Shown: piece by piece, positions 8,848-18,368 of the stretch
Position numbering within the stretch: position 1 is the first letter of the stretch
Layout: every line of letters starts with the position of its first letter
Notes under the pieces: model-generated
What the model was told of the DNA's origin: nothing
Databases searched by the model: none
Seen by the model: only the letters and a program-made list of their open reading frames with translations
NCBI GenBank assembly: GCA_046703825.1
Contig: JBJKSO010000087.1
Coordinates: forward strand, 57,503-121,502
DNA from: Candidatus Dormibacteria bacterium
GTDB taxonomy: Bacteria > Chloroflexota > Dormibacteria > Aeolococcales > Bog-877
DNA: 64,000 nt
Direction: 5' to 3'
Made by a program: the position numbers and the translations under genes

Positions 8848-10374
8848 CTAACCGGCCATAGTCCGGTGGAGCAGCCGCACCAGCTCGAGGCCGTCAGCTT
8901 CGGCGGCCGGCTTGTCCTCTCGGAAGCGGACCACCCGCGCGAAGCGGAGCGCCATCCCGCCGGGGTAGCGGGGGCTGGTCTGGACCCCATCGAAGGCGAC
9001 CTCCACAACCAGCTCTGGACGTACGTAGACGGTGTAGGCGTCGCGCCTTGTCTCTAGTGCCAGGAGATGCTGGGTCTGCCAGGCGAGCATGGCGTCGGTC
9101 AGACCCTTGAAGGTCTTGCCCAGCATCACCAGCTCGCCGCTCGACTGGTCGCGGGCCCCCAGGTGCAGGTTCGAAAGCCAGCCACGGCGCCGACCGTGCC
9201 CCCACTCCGCCGCCAGTACCACCAGGTCTAGTGTGTGCTTGGGTTTCACCTTCAACCACCCGCCTCCGCGCCGTCCCGCCTGGTAGGAGGCGTCGAGGGC
9301 CTTGACCACCACCCCCTCGTGGCCTCGGCGCACGGCGTCTGCGAAGAAGCTCTCGCCCTCCTCCGGCTCGCCGGTCACCAACCGGGGCACCCAGAGCCCC
9401 TTGGGCACCAGCCCCTCAGCTGCCGCGAAGCGTTCCCGGGCGGGGAGCTCGGTGATGTCCTCCCCGTCCACGTGCAGCAGGTCGAAGAAGAAGGGCGTGA
9501 GCCGGTTGCGGCTCCTGGCCGGGCCGGATTGCGAAGCCACCCGGCTGGAGGTCTCCTGGAACGGCCTCGGGGCGCCGTTCTCATCCAGCAGCAGCGCTTC
9601 CCCGTCCAGCACCAGACTTGTGCCTGGAAGGCTGAGCACGGCGGCGACCACCTCGGGCACCCGAGCGGTGATCTGATCGAGAGTCCTGGTGAAGACGTCG
9701 ACCCGGCGCCCGAGGCGATGCACCTGAATTCGAACCCCGTCAAGTTTCCACTCCACCGCGGCCGGCCCGAGTCGGCCCAGCGCTTCGCCCACTGACGGAG
9801 ACGTCTGGGCAAGCATCGGTGAGACCGGCTGACCCACCCGGAGCTGCACACCGGCCAGCCCGTCGGCACCCTGGGTCAGGGCTAGTGCGGCGGCGGCGGG
9901 GAGGTCGCCCATGAACATCGCCGCGCGGCGGAGTTGGGCGCCGTCCACCCGCGCCGCCCGCGCGACCGCGTCCAGCATCACCCCGCTCAGGGCGCCCTGT
10001 CGCAGCTCGCCAGCGATGAGCGCCCCTAGGAAGCGCTGCTCCGGCTCCGTCGCCCGCCCCAGCAGTTCGGTCAACGCGCTCTGGCGCAGTCCGAAGGAGC
10101 CGAGCCCTGAGGCCCGCTCCAGTTCCGCAAACCGGCGGTCGACCTCGGTCACCGTCAGGGTCGGCTTGGCCGCCGGGACGGGCAGGTCGCGCAGAGCCGC
10201 CCAGCCCACTCCGGTGCGGCGCTGGCGCAGCTCGCCCGCCAGGTAGCTGACCACGATCGGCAGCTCATCGAACTCGGATCGGCGCACGACCTCTGCCAGC
10301 AATCCCACCTTGGCGATCCTTGATCCCTTGCCGGCCACCGCCGCCGACGTCGCCGCGAGTTCCGCCAGGAGCAC
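8848..10374 (-). CDS. ATP-dependent DNA ligase (LigB-like, with N-terminal DNA-binding domain)
   Basis: Adenylation motif I EWKLDGVRIQVH (KxDG), an oligonucleotide-binding (OB) domain with LKVKP, and a length of about 508 aa. Confidence 0.85.
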   Translation of the reverse strand: MLLAELAATSAAVAGKGSRIAKVGLLAEVVRRSEFDELPIVVSYLAGELRQRRTGVGWAALRDLPVPAAKPTLTVTEVDRRFAELERASGLGSFGLRQSALTELLGRATEPEQRFLGALIAGELRQGALSGVMLDAVARAARVDGAQLRRAAMFMGDLPAAAALALTQGADGLAGVQLRVGQPVSPMLAQTSPSVGEALGRLGPAAVEWKLDGVRIQVHRLGRRVDVFTRTLDQITARVPEVVAAVLSLPGTSLVLDGEALLLDENGAPRPFQETSSRVASQSGPARSRNRLTPFFFDLLHVDGEDITELPARERFAAAEGLVPKGLWVPRLVTGEPEEGESFFADAVRRGHEGVVVKALDASYQAGRRGGGWLKVKPKHTLDLVVLAAEWGHGRRRGWLSNLHLGARDQSSGELVMLGKTFKGLTDAMLAWQTQHLLALETRRDAYTVYVRPELVVEVAFDGVQTSPRYPGGMALRFARVVRFREDKPAAEADGLELVRLLHRTMAG

Positions 10375-10478
10375 GGCGTCAGCCTACCCGCGGAGTTGTC
10401 CGGGCGCGCGTCGGCGCATGCCAGGCAGCCCGCTAGCAAACTGAGCGGAAAGCGTCGGCGTTGCCCTAAGGTTCGCGC

Positions 10479-10844
10479 ATGACCGAGTACACGGTGGAAG
10501 GGGGCGTGCTCCACCTAACGGTGGAGGGCATGGACAAGCTCTGGGCCCTGCGCAGCCACCTGCAGATCCCCTTGGCTGACATCACCGGGGTGGAGGCCCG
10601 GCCTGACATCCAAGGCGGCACTTTCTCGAGCGGGCTCAAGGTTGCGGGCGCCCGGATCCCGGGCGTGTTCCAGGCGGGAACCTTCGTCGGCGCCGACGGG
10701 ATGGTGTTCTGGGACGTGCACGGCCAAGGCAAGGCGATCGTGATCAGCTTGCAGCACGAGCACTACAACCAGCTGGTTGTCGATGTCGCGGATCCTCAGG
10801 CCGCAGCCGACGAGATCGGTTCGGCGGTCAGAGCCAGCCGCTGA
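10479..10844 (+). CDS. Hypothetical small soluble protein (possibly PH-domain-like)
   Basis: A clean ATG ORF divergent from the ligase gene. GC3 is high and there is no family motif I can name. Confidence 0.5.
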   Translation: MTEYTVEGGVLHLTVEGMDKLWALRSHLQIPLADITGVEARPDIQGGTFSSGLKVAGARIPGVFQAGTFVGADGMVFWDVHGQGKAIVISLQHEHYNQLVVDVADPQAAADEIGSAVRASR

Positions 10845-10893
10845 GGGCCTAGACCGGCGGACCCGAGCGGCCGGATCTCGAGGCGGCTCCTGA

Positions 10894-12117
10894 TCAAACC
10901 CGGGCCCCGGATGGTTCTTCGGCTGCAAGCGCGGCGTCGGCCGGCGGCGGCGTCTGGGAAGTGGCGGCCAGCAGCTCGGCGATCCAGTTTCCGTACCGAT
11001 CGGACAACTTGAAGGCATCTGCGTCGGGGCCGGCGGCAACCTCAACCACCCCCTCACGGGCGAGCGCGGCCAAGTGCAGCCTCACCTCCTCTTCGTCGAG
11101 GGCGGTGGCCGTGGCGATCTCCTGGGCGCTGGTAGACCCGGCCAGAAGGGCTTGGGCGACTCGTAACCGGCCGCCGCTGCCGAGCGTGCGCAGCAGGCGG
11201 GCCGCCCGCTGGACCGAGACCGTCCCGCGCGGCTGACTGAAGTGGCCGCGGTGCATGCTCGGCCCCACCTGCTTCACGTAGCCGACGTGTAGCAGGGCCT
11301 CGCCTACCGTCGCCCCGGTGCCGCGGCGGGTCAACACCACGTAGAAGGCGGCGATCACCCCAACCACCACGGCCACGTCCACCCAGCTGGCGTCCAGACC
11401 GATCCCGGAGATGCGGCGCACGATCGAGATGATCCCGGCGACAACGCTGGCGACCAGGGTGATGTCCACCGCCACCGCTCCCGCCACCCGCACCTGCACC
11501 GGGACGTGCACCAGCGGGTCGCGGTCGCGCTGAGGTGCGTGGCGGACCGCTACGTAGCCGCCCACCCCTATCAGCAACAGGATCGCTCCCTGCACGGCCA
11601 GCCGTTCGATGCTGCCCAGGAAGTGCTCAACCGGAATCCCCACCAGCGCCCCCAGGGCGACGAACACGGCCACCCAGATCGCAGTCGCCGGGACGATACC
11701 GACCAGGAAGGTCTTGATCGGGACGCCGAAGGCACCGGCCACCAAGGTGGTGTAGATCCGCAGCCCAGGGATGAGTCGAGCCACACCCACGCGGACCGGA
11801 CCAGCCTGCCGGACGCGGTTGGCGACGCGCTGCAAAGCCTTGGTCTGGTGCAAGCGGCCAGCCAGGCTGGTGAGGCCTCGCTCCCCCACCAGCCGCGCCC
11901 ACGAGAAGCCGACTACGGCGCCGGCGACGCAGGACGCGAAGGCGAGCGGACCGAAGACGTAGGGGTCGAGCCCGCCCGCGGCTATCAGCAGCCCGCCGGC
12001 CAGGAGGGTCAGCTCCCCGGGGGCGAAGGGGAGCGGGACCCCAGCCTCTTCGGCGAAGAGGAGGGCGCACAGCAGCACCAGCGCCAGGGCACCGTGGAAG
12101 TCGGAGAGGAAGTTCAA
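10894..12117 (-). CDS. DedA/VTT-domain membrane protein fused to a C-terminal ArsR-like winged-helix domain
   Basis: The N-terminal ~200 aa carry the DedA signature (GVPLP...RLIPGLRIYTTLVAGAFG) with multiple TM helices. More helices follow, then RAARLLRTLGSGGRLRVAQALLAGSTSAQEIATATALDEEEVRLHLAALAREGVV, typical of an ArsR/HTH_20 fold. Confidence 0.7.
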   Translation of the reverse strand: MNFLSDFHGALALVLLCALLFAEEAGVPLPFAPGELTLLAGGLLIAAGGLDPYVFGPLAFASCVAGAVVGFSWARLVGERGLTSLAGRLHQTKALQRVANRVRQAGPVRVGVARLIPGLRIYTTLVAGAFGVPIKTFLVGIVPATAIWVAVFVALGALVGIPVEHFLGSIERLAVQGAILLLIGVGGYVAVRHAPQRDRDPLVHVPVQVRVAGAVAVDITLVASVVAGIISIVRRISGIGLDASWVDVAVVVGVIAAFYVVLTRRGTGATVGEALLHVGYVKQVGPSMHRGHFSQPRGTVSVQRAARLLRTLGSGGRLRVAQALLAGSTSAQEIATATALDEEEVRLHLAALAREGVVEVAAGPDADAFKLSDRYGNWIAELLAATSQTPPPADAALAAEEPSGARV

Positions 12118-12249
12118 CTGCCGGTCACCAAGTCGATGGGCATGGTCTAGTACTCCTCGAGCGCCGAGCGCCCCTGCCGCAGAGTAACCCCACTCCCAGT
12201 GATCGGGGTTTCACGGAGCCGAGCTGTGATTCCATATCCTGCGGCCAGG

Positions 12250-12960
12250 ATGAGTGCGCGTGCCGTGATGGTTACAAGCCACGACGACCGGCGTTTTGCA
12301 TCGCAGCTGGTGCTTCCGGAAAGGCAGGTGGGCCCGGGCTTTCTGCTGCTCCACGACATCTTCGGCCTCGGGGAGTACCTCATGCGTCGGGCCCAGCAAC
12401 TGGCGGACATCGGCTACTTGGTGATGGCACCGGACCTCTATTGGCGCATCGAGCCAGACCTCAACTTCCCCCACACCGACCGCGGTCTGGCGCAGGCCGT
12501 GAAGGTGCGCGCCAAGCTCGACCCCGACGCAGCGGTCGGAGACGCGCTGGCGGCGTTCAGGCTGCTGGGCGAGCTGCCCGAATCGAAGAACGGCTCGGGC
12601 GTGTTTGGCATGGGCACCGGCTCGGACGTCGCCTTCATGGTGGCCGCCCTGGCGGACCCGGTCGCGACCGTCTGCTACTACGGCACCAACCTGGACCGGC
12701 AGCTGGAGTGGGCGGACCGGATTCGCTGCCCGATGATCTTCCATTTCGGCAGCGACGACCCGCTGGTGCCGCTGGAGAAGCGGGAGGCGGTCCGCCAGGC
12801 CTTCTCCGGCCGCTCGGACGTGGAGATCCAGGTCCACCAGCACGCCCAGCACGGCTTCGACAACTCGGCCCTGCCGATGTTCTACCGCGAGGAAGCGGCG
12901 CAGCAGGCCTGGGGGCAGACGGTCGACTTCTTGCGCCGTACCTTTCCCGCCATGCCCTGA
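12250..12960 (+). CDS. Dienelactone hydrolase family protein
   Basis: Reads LLLHDIFGL...GYLVMAPDLY, a nucleophile elbow GMGTGS, and a C-terminal HGF. The ORF opens at 12199, so the start is uncertain between 12199 and 12268. Confidence 0.75.
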   Translation: MSARAVMVTSHDDRRFASQLVLPERQVGPGFLLLHDIFGLGEYLMRRAQQLADIGYLVMAPDLYWRIEPDLNFPHTDRGLAQAVKVRAKLDPDAAVGDALAAFRLLGELPESKNGSGVFGMGTGSDVAFMVAALADPVATVCYYGTNLDRQLEWADRIRCPMIFHFGSDDPLVPLEKREAVRQAFSGRSDVEIQVHQHAQHGFDNSALPMFYREEAAQQAWGQTVDFLRRTFPAMP

Positions 12961-13017
12961 GCGGGACCCGCACCGCTAGGCTTCCCGCAGGAAGACGCCG
13001 CCCGCCAGGAGGGCTAA

Positions 13018-14421
13018 GTGCAGGACGCCGACGCTTTGGACAGACCCATGCAGGTGGTCGACTCGCTGCTGGAACTGGTCGGCAACACCCCGCTGCTGCG
13101 GCTTGATCGGGTCGGCCGGGGGCTTGACTGCACCCTCTTGGCCAAGCTGGAGTTGCTCAACCCGGGCGGCAGCGTCAAGGACCGCCCGGCCCTGGCCATG
13201 ATCGATGCGGCCGAAGCCTCCGGAGCGCTGCGACCGGGCGGCACCATAGTAGAACCCACCTCCGGAAACACCGGGGTGGGCCTGGCGATCGTGGCGGCCC
13301 GCCGCGGCTACCGCTGCGTGTTCGTGATGCCGGACAAGATCGCCCCGGAGAAGATCAACCTGCTGCGCGCCTACGGTGCCGAGGTGGTCGTCTGCCCCAC
13401 TACCGTCGCCCCCGAGCACCCGGACAGCTACTACTCGGTCTCCGACCGCCTGGCCCGCGAGATCCCAGGAGCGTACAAGCCAGACCAGTACAGCAATCCA
13501 GCCAACCCCTTGTCCCACCAGCGCTCAACCGGCCCGGAGATCTGGGAACAAACCGCGGGACGGATCACCCATCTGGTGGCCGGCGTCGGTACCGGTGGCA
13601 CCATCACCGGAACCGGCCGCTTCCTCAAGGCGCAAAATCCCGGCGTCCAGGTGATCGGCGCCGACCCCGAGGGCTCGGTCTACTCCGGGGGGAGCGGACG
13701 TCCCTACTTGGTGGAGGGGATCGGTGAGGACTTCTGGCCTATCGCCTTCGACCGGTCGGTGGTGGACCGCGTGGTCGCGGTCGCGGACCAGGATTCGTTC
13801 CTCACCGCCCGCCGGGTCACTCGCGAGGAAGGACTGCTCGTCGGTGGGTCCGGGGGCACGGCCGTCTTCGCCGCCCTCGAGGTGGGGTGCGAGCTGGGGC
13901 CGGAGAGCGTGGTGGTGGTGATCATCCCTGACTCCGGTCGCGGCTACCTCTCCAAGCTCTACAACGACGCCTGGATGGCCGATTTCGGCTTCCTGCGCTC
14001 GCCGGGTCCGGTTGCCGCCGACCTGCTGGCCGCGAAGCCGGGAGGGCTGCCGGAGCTGGTCCACGTCCATCCGCAGGAGAAGGTCCAGTCGGTGATCCAG
14101 TTGCTGCGCGAATACGGTGTCTCCCAGCTGCCGGTGATCAAGACCGAGCCGCCGCTGGCGGCCGCCGAGGTGCTGGGCGCGGTGCAGGAACTGGACCTGC
14201 TCCAGGGGGCGTTCGCCGACCCCGCCTCGCTCTCGCGCACCATCGGCGAGGTGATGGCCCCGGCGCTGCCCACCGTGGGGGCCGGAGCTTCCCTGGACGA
14301 GATCGTCGAGAAGCTGCTGGACGGCCGCGGCGCCGTGCTGGTGATGGATGCGGGCCACCCGGTCGGTATCCTCACCCGCTCCGATCTCCTGGTGGCGCTT
14401 GCCGAGCGGGACCCACGCTGA
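13018..14421 (+). CDS. Cystathionine beta-synthase (PLP-dependent, with tandem CBS domains)
   Basis: GNTPLLRLDRV, the GSVKDRPALAMI lysine box, TSGNTGVGLA, and a C-terminal CBS pair (VSQLPVIK / GAVLVMD). Confidence 0.9.
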   Translation: MQDADALDRPMQVVDSLLELVGNTPLLRLDRVGRGLDCTLLAKLELLNPGGSVKDRPALAMIDAAEASGALRPGGTIVEPTSGNTGVGLAIVAARRGYRCVFVMPDKIAPEKINLLRAYGAEVVVCPTTVAPEHPDSYYSVSDRLAREIPGAYKPDQYSNPANPLSHQRSTGPEIWEQTAGRITHLVAGVGTGGTITGTGRFLKAQNPGVQVIGADPEGSVYSGGSGRPYLVEGIGEDFWPIAFDRSVVDRVVAVADQDSFLTARRVTREEGLLVGGSGGTAVFAALEVGCELGPESVVVVIIPDSGRGYLSKLYNDAWMADFGFLRSPGPVAADLLAAKPGGLPELVHVHPQEKVQSVIQLLREYGVSQLPVIKTEPPLAAAEVLGAVQELDLLQGAFADPASLSRTIGEVMAPALPTVGAGASLDEIVEKLLDGRGAVLVMDAGHPVGILTRSDLLVALAERDPR

Positions 14422-15567
14422 GTGACCGAGCAGGCCGGCTTCGAGACCCGGGCAATTCATGCTGGCCAGGAACCCGACCCCAGCAGTGGGGCGGTGGTGC
14501 CGCCGATTCACCTGTCCACCACCTTCCGGCAGAGGGCTGTCGGCAGCCATCAGGGCTTCGAGTACTCCAGGTCGGGGAACCCGACTCGGGCAGCCCTCGA
14601 GCACCAGCTCGCCGCACTGGAGGGAGCCAGCCACGCCTACGCCTTCGCCAGCGGACTGGCCGCCGAGGATGCCGTCCTGCGGGCCCTGCTCCAACCCGGC
14701 GATCGGGTTCTGCTCGCCAACGACGTCTATGGCGGCACCTACCGGCTGATCTCCCAGGTGTACCGACCCCTGGGGGTGCAGTTCAGCACCGCTGACCTGA
14801 CCGACCCAAGCGCGGTCGCTGGTACCTTGTCTTCCCCCACCCGCCTGGTGTGGGTGGAGACTCCGAGCAATCCCCGCCTGGGGGTCACCGACCTCGCCAA
14901 CCTCAGCGGCGCAGTGCACCGGGCGGGGGCTCGCCTGGTGGTGGACAACACCTTCGCCACCCCCTTCCTGCAGAATCCCCTGGCCCTGGGGGCAGATCTC
15001 GTCCTGCACTCCAGCACCAAGTACCTGGGGGGGCACTCGGACGTGGTCGGCGGCATCGTGGCGCTCAACGACCCCGCGCTCGCCGAGAAGTTGGGCTTCC
15101 TCCAAAACGCCAGCGGCGCGGTGCCGGCACCGTTTGACTGCTATCTGGTCCAGCGCGGAATCAAGACGCTGGCGGTGCGAATGGAGCGGCACTGCCGTAC
15201 TGCCCAGCGGGTGGCCGAGTTCCTGTCGGGCCAGCCCGCAGTAGCCCAGGTGCTCTACCCAGGACTACCCGACCACCCGGGGCACGCGGTCGCCCGGCGG
15301 CAGATGCGTGGCTTCGGCGGCATGGTCTCCTTCCTCCACCGGGACGGGGAGACAGCCGCCCGGGAGTTCGCGGCCCGTACCCGGCTCTTCACCCTGGCCG
15401 AGTCTTTGGGCGCGGTGGAGTCGCTGGTGGAGCACCCCGCGGCCATGACCCACGCCGCCGCCGCCGGCTCGCCGCTGGAGGTGGATCCGGCCCTGGTCCG
15501 GCTCTCTGTGGGGCTGGAGAGCGAGGCGGACCTGATCGCCGACCTGAGATCGGCGCTGACGGACTGA
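14422..15567 (+). CDS. Cystathionine gamma-lyase / gamma-synthase family (Cys/Met metabolism PLP enzyme)
   Basis: N-terminal TRAIHAGQEPDPSSGAVVPPIHLSTTF and a STKYLGGHSDVVGG lysine region. It starts 1 nt after the CBS stop. Confidence 0.9.
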   Translation: MTEQAGFETRAIHAGQEPDPSSGAVVPPIHLSTTFRQRAVGSHQGFEYSRSGNPTRAALEHQLAALEGASHAYAFASGLAAEDAVLRALLQPGDRVLLANDVYGGTYRLISQVYRPLGVQFSTADLTDPSAVAGTLSSPTRLVWVETPSNPRLGVTDLANLSGAVHRAGARLVVDNTFATPFLQNPLALGADLVLHSSTKYLGGHSDVVGGIVALNDPALAEKLGFLQNASGAVPAPFDCYLVQRGIKTLAVRMERHCRTAQRVAEFLSGQPAVAQVLYPGLPDHPGHAVARRQMRGFGGMVSFLHRDGETAAREFAARTRLFTLAESLGAVESLVEHPAAMTHAAAAGSPLEVDPALVRLSVGLESEADLIADLRSALTD

Positions 15568-15576
15568 CCGGTCCGG

Positions 15577-16659
15577 TCAGCCGCCGGGGAGCTGTCCCAG
15601 CACCACCGTCAGGCTGGTACTGCCCCCGCTCGGCTCCTGCACGGTGAGACTGACGGACTGGCCGGGCGCCAAGGTGGCGAGCGCGGCGGTCAGAGCGTCC
15701 ACCGAGAGGGTGGCCTGGCCGTTGAGCGCGGTGATGATGTCACCGGCGACCAGACCCGCCTGGGAAGCCGCCGCCCGCGTCACCTGGATCACCAGCACCC
15801 CCGAGGGCTGGCCCTGAGCGTTGCTGGCCTGGGCGACGTCGACGCCGATGAAGGCGCGCCCGGAGTTGACCACATGGCCGTACTTGGCGATCTGGCCGGC
15901 CAGATTGGAGACCGTCTGGCTGGGGATGGCGAACCCGATCCCGTCCGCGGCGGTGCCCCCGATCTGCTGATCCAGGGCGACCAGGGTTGGCACCCCTACC
16001 ACTCGGCCCGAGAGGTCCACCAGCGCCCCTCCGCTGTTGCCCGGGTTTATCGCGGCGCTGGTTTGCACCATGTCCGGGATAGTGACCGACGGTGACTCGG
16101 AAACGGTCCGCCCGAGCGCGCTGACGATCCCCTCGGTGGCGCTGCTCTGGAGACCCAGCGGGTTGCCGATCGCCATCACCACCTCCCCGACCTGAACCTG
16201 GCTCGGGGTGGCGAACTTCGCCGGGTGAAGGCCGGTGGCGTTGATGTGGATCACCGCCAAGTCGTCGGCGGGGAAGGCGCTCACCAAGCTGCCGTGGTAC
16301 TGCCGCCCGCTGGCCAGGGTCACGGTGAAGCTCTTGAAGCCGTCGGCGACGTGGTTGTTGGTGACGATATCGCCGCCGGTGTTGAAGACGATCCCGGAGC
16401 CCAGATCCGCGGAGGTGGAGATCTGTACCACCGAGGGGCTGACGGTGCGATACAGCTTGACCAGTTGGGCCTGCAGCCCCAAGAGCGCAGCCGGCGGCTG
16501 GACCGGCTCCGCCTTCAGCGCCTGGTGCTGGACCGCCGGCTGGGCCGTGCTGGCGCACCCAGCCAGGGCGAGCAGGCTCAGGGCCAGCAGAGGAGCAGCT
16601 GCGCGGGTACCGACAAAGTGCACTACCGAGCGCCCCGCTGTTGCCGCATTCGCATTCAC
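15577..16659 (-). CDS. HtrA/DegP-like trypsin-fold serine protease with C-terminal PDZ domain; lipoprotein signal
   Basis: LALAGCAS lipobox, His box TNNHV, Ser box GNSGGALVD, and a PDZ-like C-terminus (GVLVIQV...GDIITALNG). Confidence 0.85.
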   Translation of the reverse strand: MNANAATAGRSVVHFVGTRAAAPLLALSLLALAGCASTAQPAVQHQALKAEPVQPPAALLGLQAQLVKLYRTVSPSVVQISTSADLGSGIVFNTGGDIVTNNHVADGFKSFTVTLASGRQYHGSLVSAFPADDLAVIHINATGLHPAKFATPSQVQVGEVVMAIGNPLGLQSSATEGIVSALGRTVSESPSVTIPDMVQTSAAINPGNSGGALVDLSGRVVGVPTLVALDQQIGGTAADGIGFAIPSQTVSNLAGQIAKYGHVVNSGRAFIGVDVAQASNAQGQPSGVLVIQVTRAAASQAGLVAGDIITALNGQATLSVDALTAALATLAPGQSVSLTVQEPSGGSTSLTVVLGQLPGG

Positions 16660-16713
16660 TTCCTGTCTAGGGCGCCAAGGTTAATGTCAGCTGGGAGAGC
16701 TCTTAGAGCACTC

Positions 16714-18348
16714 TCACTGCCGCTCCGGGACCAAGCGCCGCAGCAGCCGGGGTGGTGGTGAGCCCTGGGCCAGGTATGGATCGTAGGACGAGATCTCGCC
16801 CGCCTCCCTAAAGAGATCGTCGAGCTCCGCGTAGCCCACGAAGTAGGTGGACAACTGGCACGAGGTGAGGCAGGCGCGCCGCCACTTCGCCGCTGCCTCC
16901 TCCTGCTCCTGCAGCCCGACCCTGGTCATGAGCTGCAGCGCCTCTCCCTCGTCCATGGCCTCGGCGTGGACGCCGGCGTCGATGATGGCGTTGAGGGTGA
17001 AGCGGAGCCGGACTTTGAGCTGGACCAGCCGAAAGGCCTCGCCCCCGAAGCCCAACTCCGCCATGATCCGCTCCGCGTGGCAGGCCCACCCCTCTACGAA
17101 GGGACCGCTCCACAGCGCCTGCCGCACCTTGCTCGGCCCCGCGAAGCGCCGCGCCCAGGCGAGCTGGAGCATGTGACCCGGTACGCCTTCGTGGGCCATC
17201 AGCTCCGCCAAAGCGGTCAGGTTGTACTCGCGATAGAAGGATTCGACCCGTTGCGGGGTCCAGTCGCTGGGCGCGGGCGCGATCGCGATCTTGGTCTTGG
17301 CCCCCTCCTCGAACGGGCCGGCCGGGTCGCAGTAGGCGCCCGCCACCCCGCGCCGGAACTCGGGCATGACCTCGATCTCGTAGCTGTCGTCCGGCAGCTG
17401 TATCAGACCCGACGCCCGGACCGTCCGGGCCGCTGCCGCCAAAATCCGCTCGCACTCGGCGATGACGGTCGCGTTGTCCGGCCGCTCCGCCGCGATGCGA
17501 TCGAGCGCGCGCTCGGCCGCGCCCTCGGCCCCCTCCCGCTCCCCCAAAAGGGCGCAGGCGCGCCGGTCGAGTTCGCCGCGGACCTGGAAGAGCTCGGTCT
17601 GAGCCCGCTCGCTGATCTGGGCCGGCGACAGGTCGGACTGTAGCGTCAGGCGCAGCTTCTTCGAAAAGCCTTCCGGTCCCAGCCGGTACTCCCCGGCTGC
17701 CCGCTGCTGCAGGTCGTCCAGGAAGACCCCGAAGCGCTGCCAGGCGTCGGCGGCCCGCACCTGGGCGGCGGCCAGGCCGGACCGTCCCGGGACGTCGTCC
17801 CACCCGGCCGCGAGGCGGCTCACCTCATCGGTCATCAACTGAGCAGCGCCCCCGTGCTGCTCGAGGGCGGTCTTCACGTGGATGGCGGGGGGATTCTCCA
17901 GCTGGCGCATCCCCAGGGCCACCAGACCGGGCACCAGCTCTAGCCGGGAGCGGATGGCCCGCAGCCTGTCGCCGATCGGCTGGGTATCGCGGGTCAACAG
18001 CGGGTAGAGGGCGTCGCCGGGGTTGTAGACGAGCGGGTTCCAGGCCGGCTCCCGCAGCTCCCGCAAACTGAACGCAGCCCGCTCCAGCTCCGCTCCCAGG
18101 ATCTCCAGATCGACCTGCGCCTGCTGGTCCAGTCCCGGGCGCTCCAAGTTCGCCACGCGCCGGCCCCAATCAGCCAGCCTGCCAGCCAGAGCTTCTTGCA
18201 GACCCAGGTCGCGCTCGGCCAGCTGGTGGTCGAAGCGATGGTCGCCCAGGGCGGTGGCTTCCTCCGGCTGGGCCGCCAGCAAGGCGTCGACAGCCGCGTC
18301 CGCCAGCTCCCTGAAGTCCTCCACTTGCCCCAAGTATCCGCCCGCCAC
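16714..18348 (-). CDS. DUF885-family protein (M32-like putative metallopeptidase fold)
   Basis: Length and helical composition typical of DUF885, with an HEGVPGHMLQ (HExxH-like) segment. Confidence 0.65.
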   Translation of the reverse strand: MAGGYLGQVEDFRELADAAVDALLAAQPEEATALGDHRFDHQLAERDLGLQEALAGRLADWGRRVANLERPGLDQQAQVDLEILGAELERAAFSLRELREPAWNPLVYNPGDALYPLLTRDTQPIGDRLRAIRSRLELVPGLVALGMRQLENPPAIHVKTALEQHGGAAQLMTDEVSRLAAGWDDVPGRSGLAAAQVRAADAWQRFGVFLDDLQQRAAGEYRLGPEGFSKKLRLTLQSDLSPAQISERAQTELFQVRGELDRRACALLGEREGAEGAAERALDRIAAERPDNATVIAECERILAAAARTVRASGLIQLPDDSYEIEVMPEFRRGVAGAYCDPAGPFEEGAKTKIAIAPAPSDWTPQRVESFYREYNLTALAELMAHEGVPGHMLQLAWARRFAGPSKVRQALWSGPFVEGWACHAERIMAELGFGGEAFRLVQLKVRLRFTLNAIIDAGVHAEAMDEGEALQLMTRVGLQEQEEAAAKWRRACLTSCQLSTYFVGYAELDDLFREAGEISSYDPYLAQGSPPPRLLRRLVPERQ

Positions 18349-18368
18349 CCCCGGTTCCGGGAGCTGGC

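Noticed and set aside
13525-15192. A 555 aa ORF on the minus strand
   Set aside because: It is fully antisense to the cystathionine beta-synthase and gamma-lyase genes, both of which have unambiguous motifs. Its composition is Gly/Arg/Pro/His-rich and low-complexity, as expected for a shadow ORF in GC-rich DNA.
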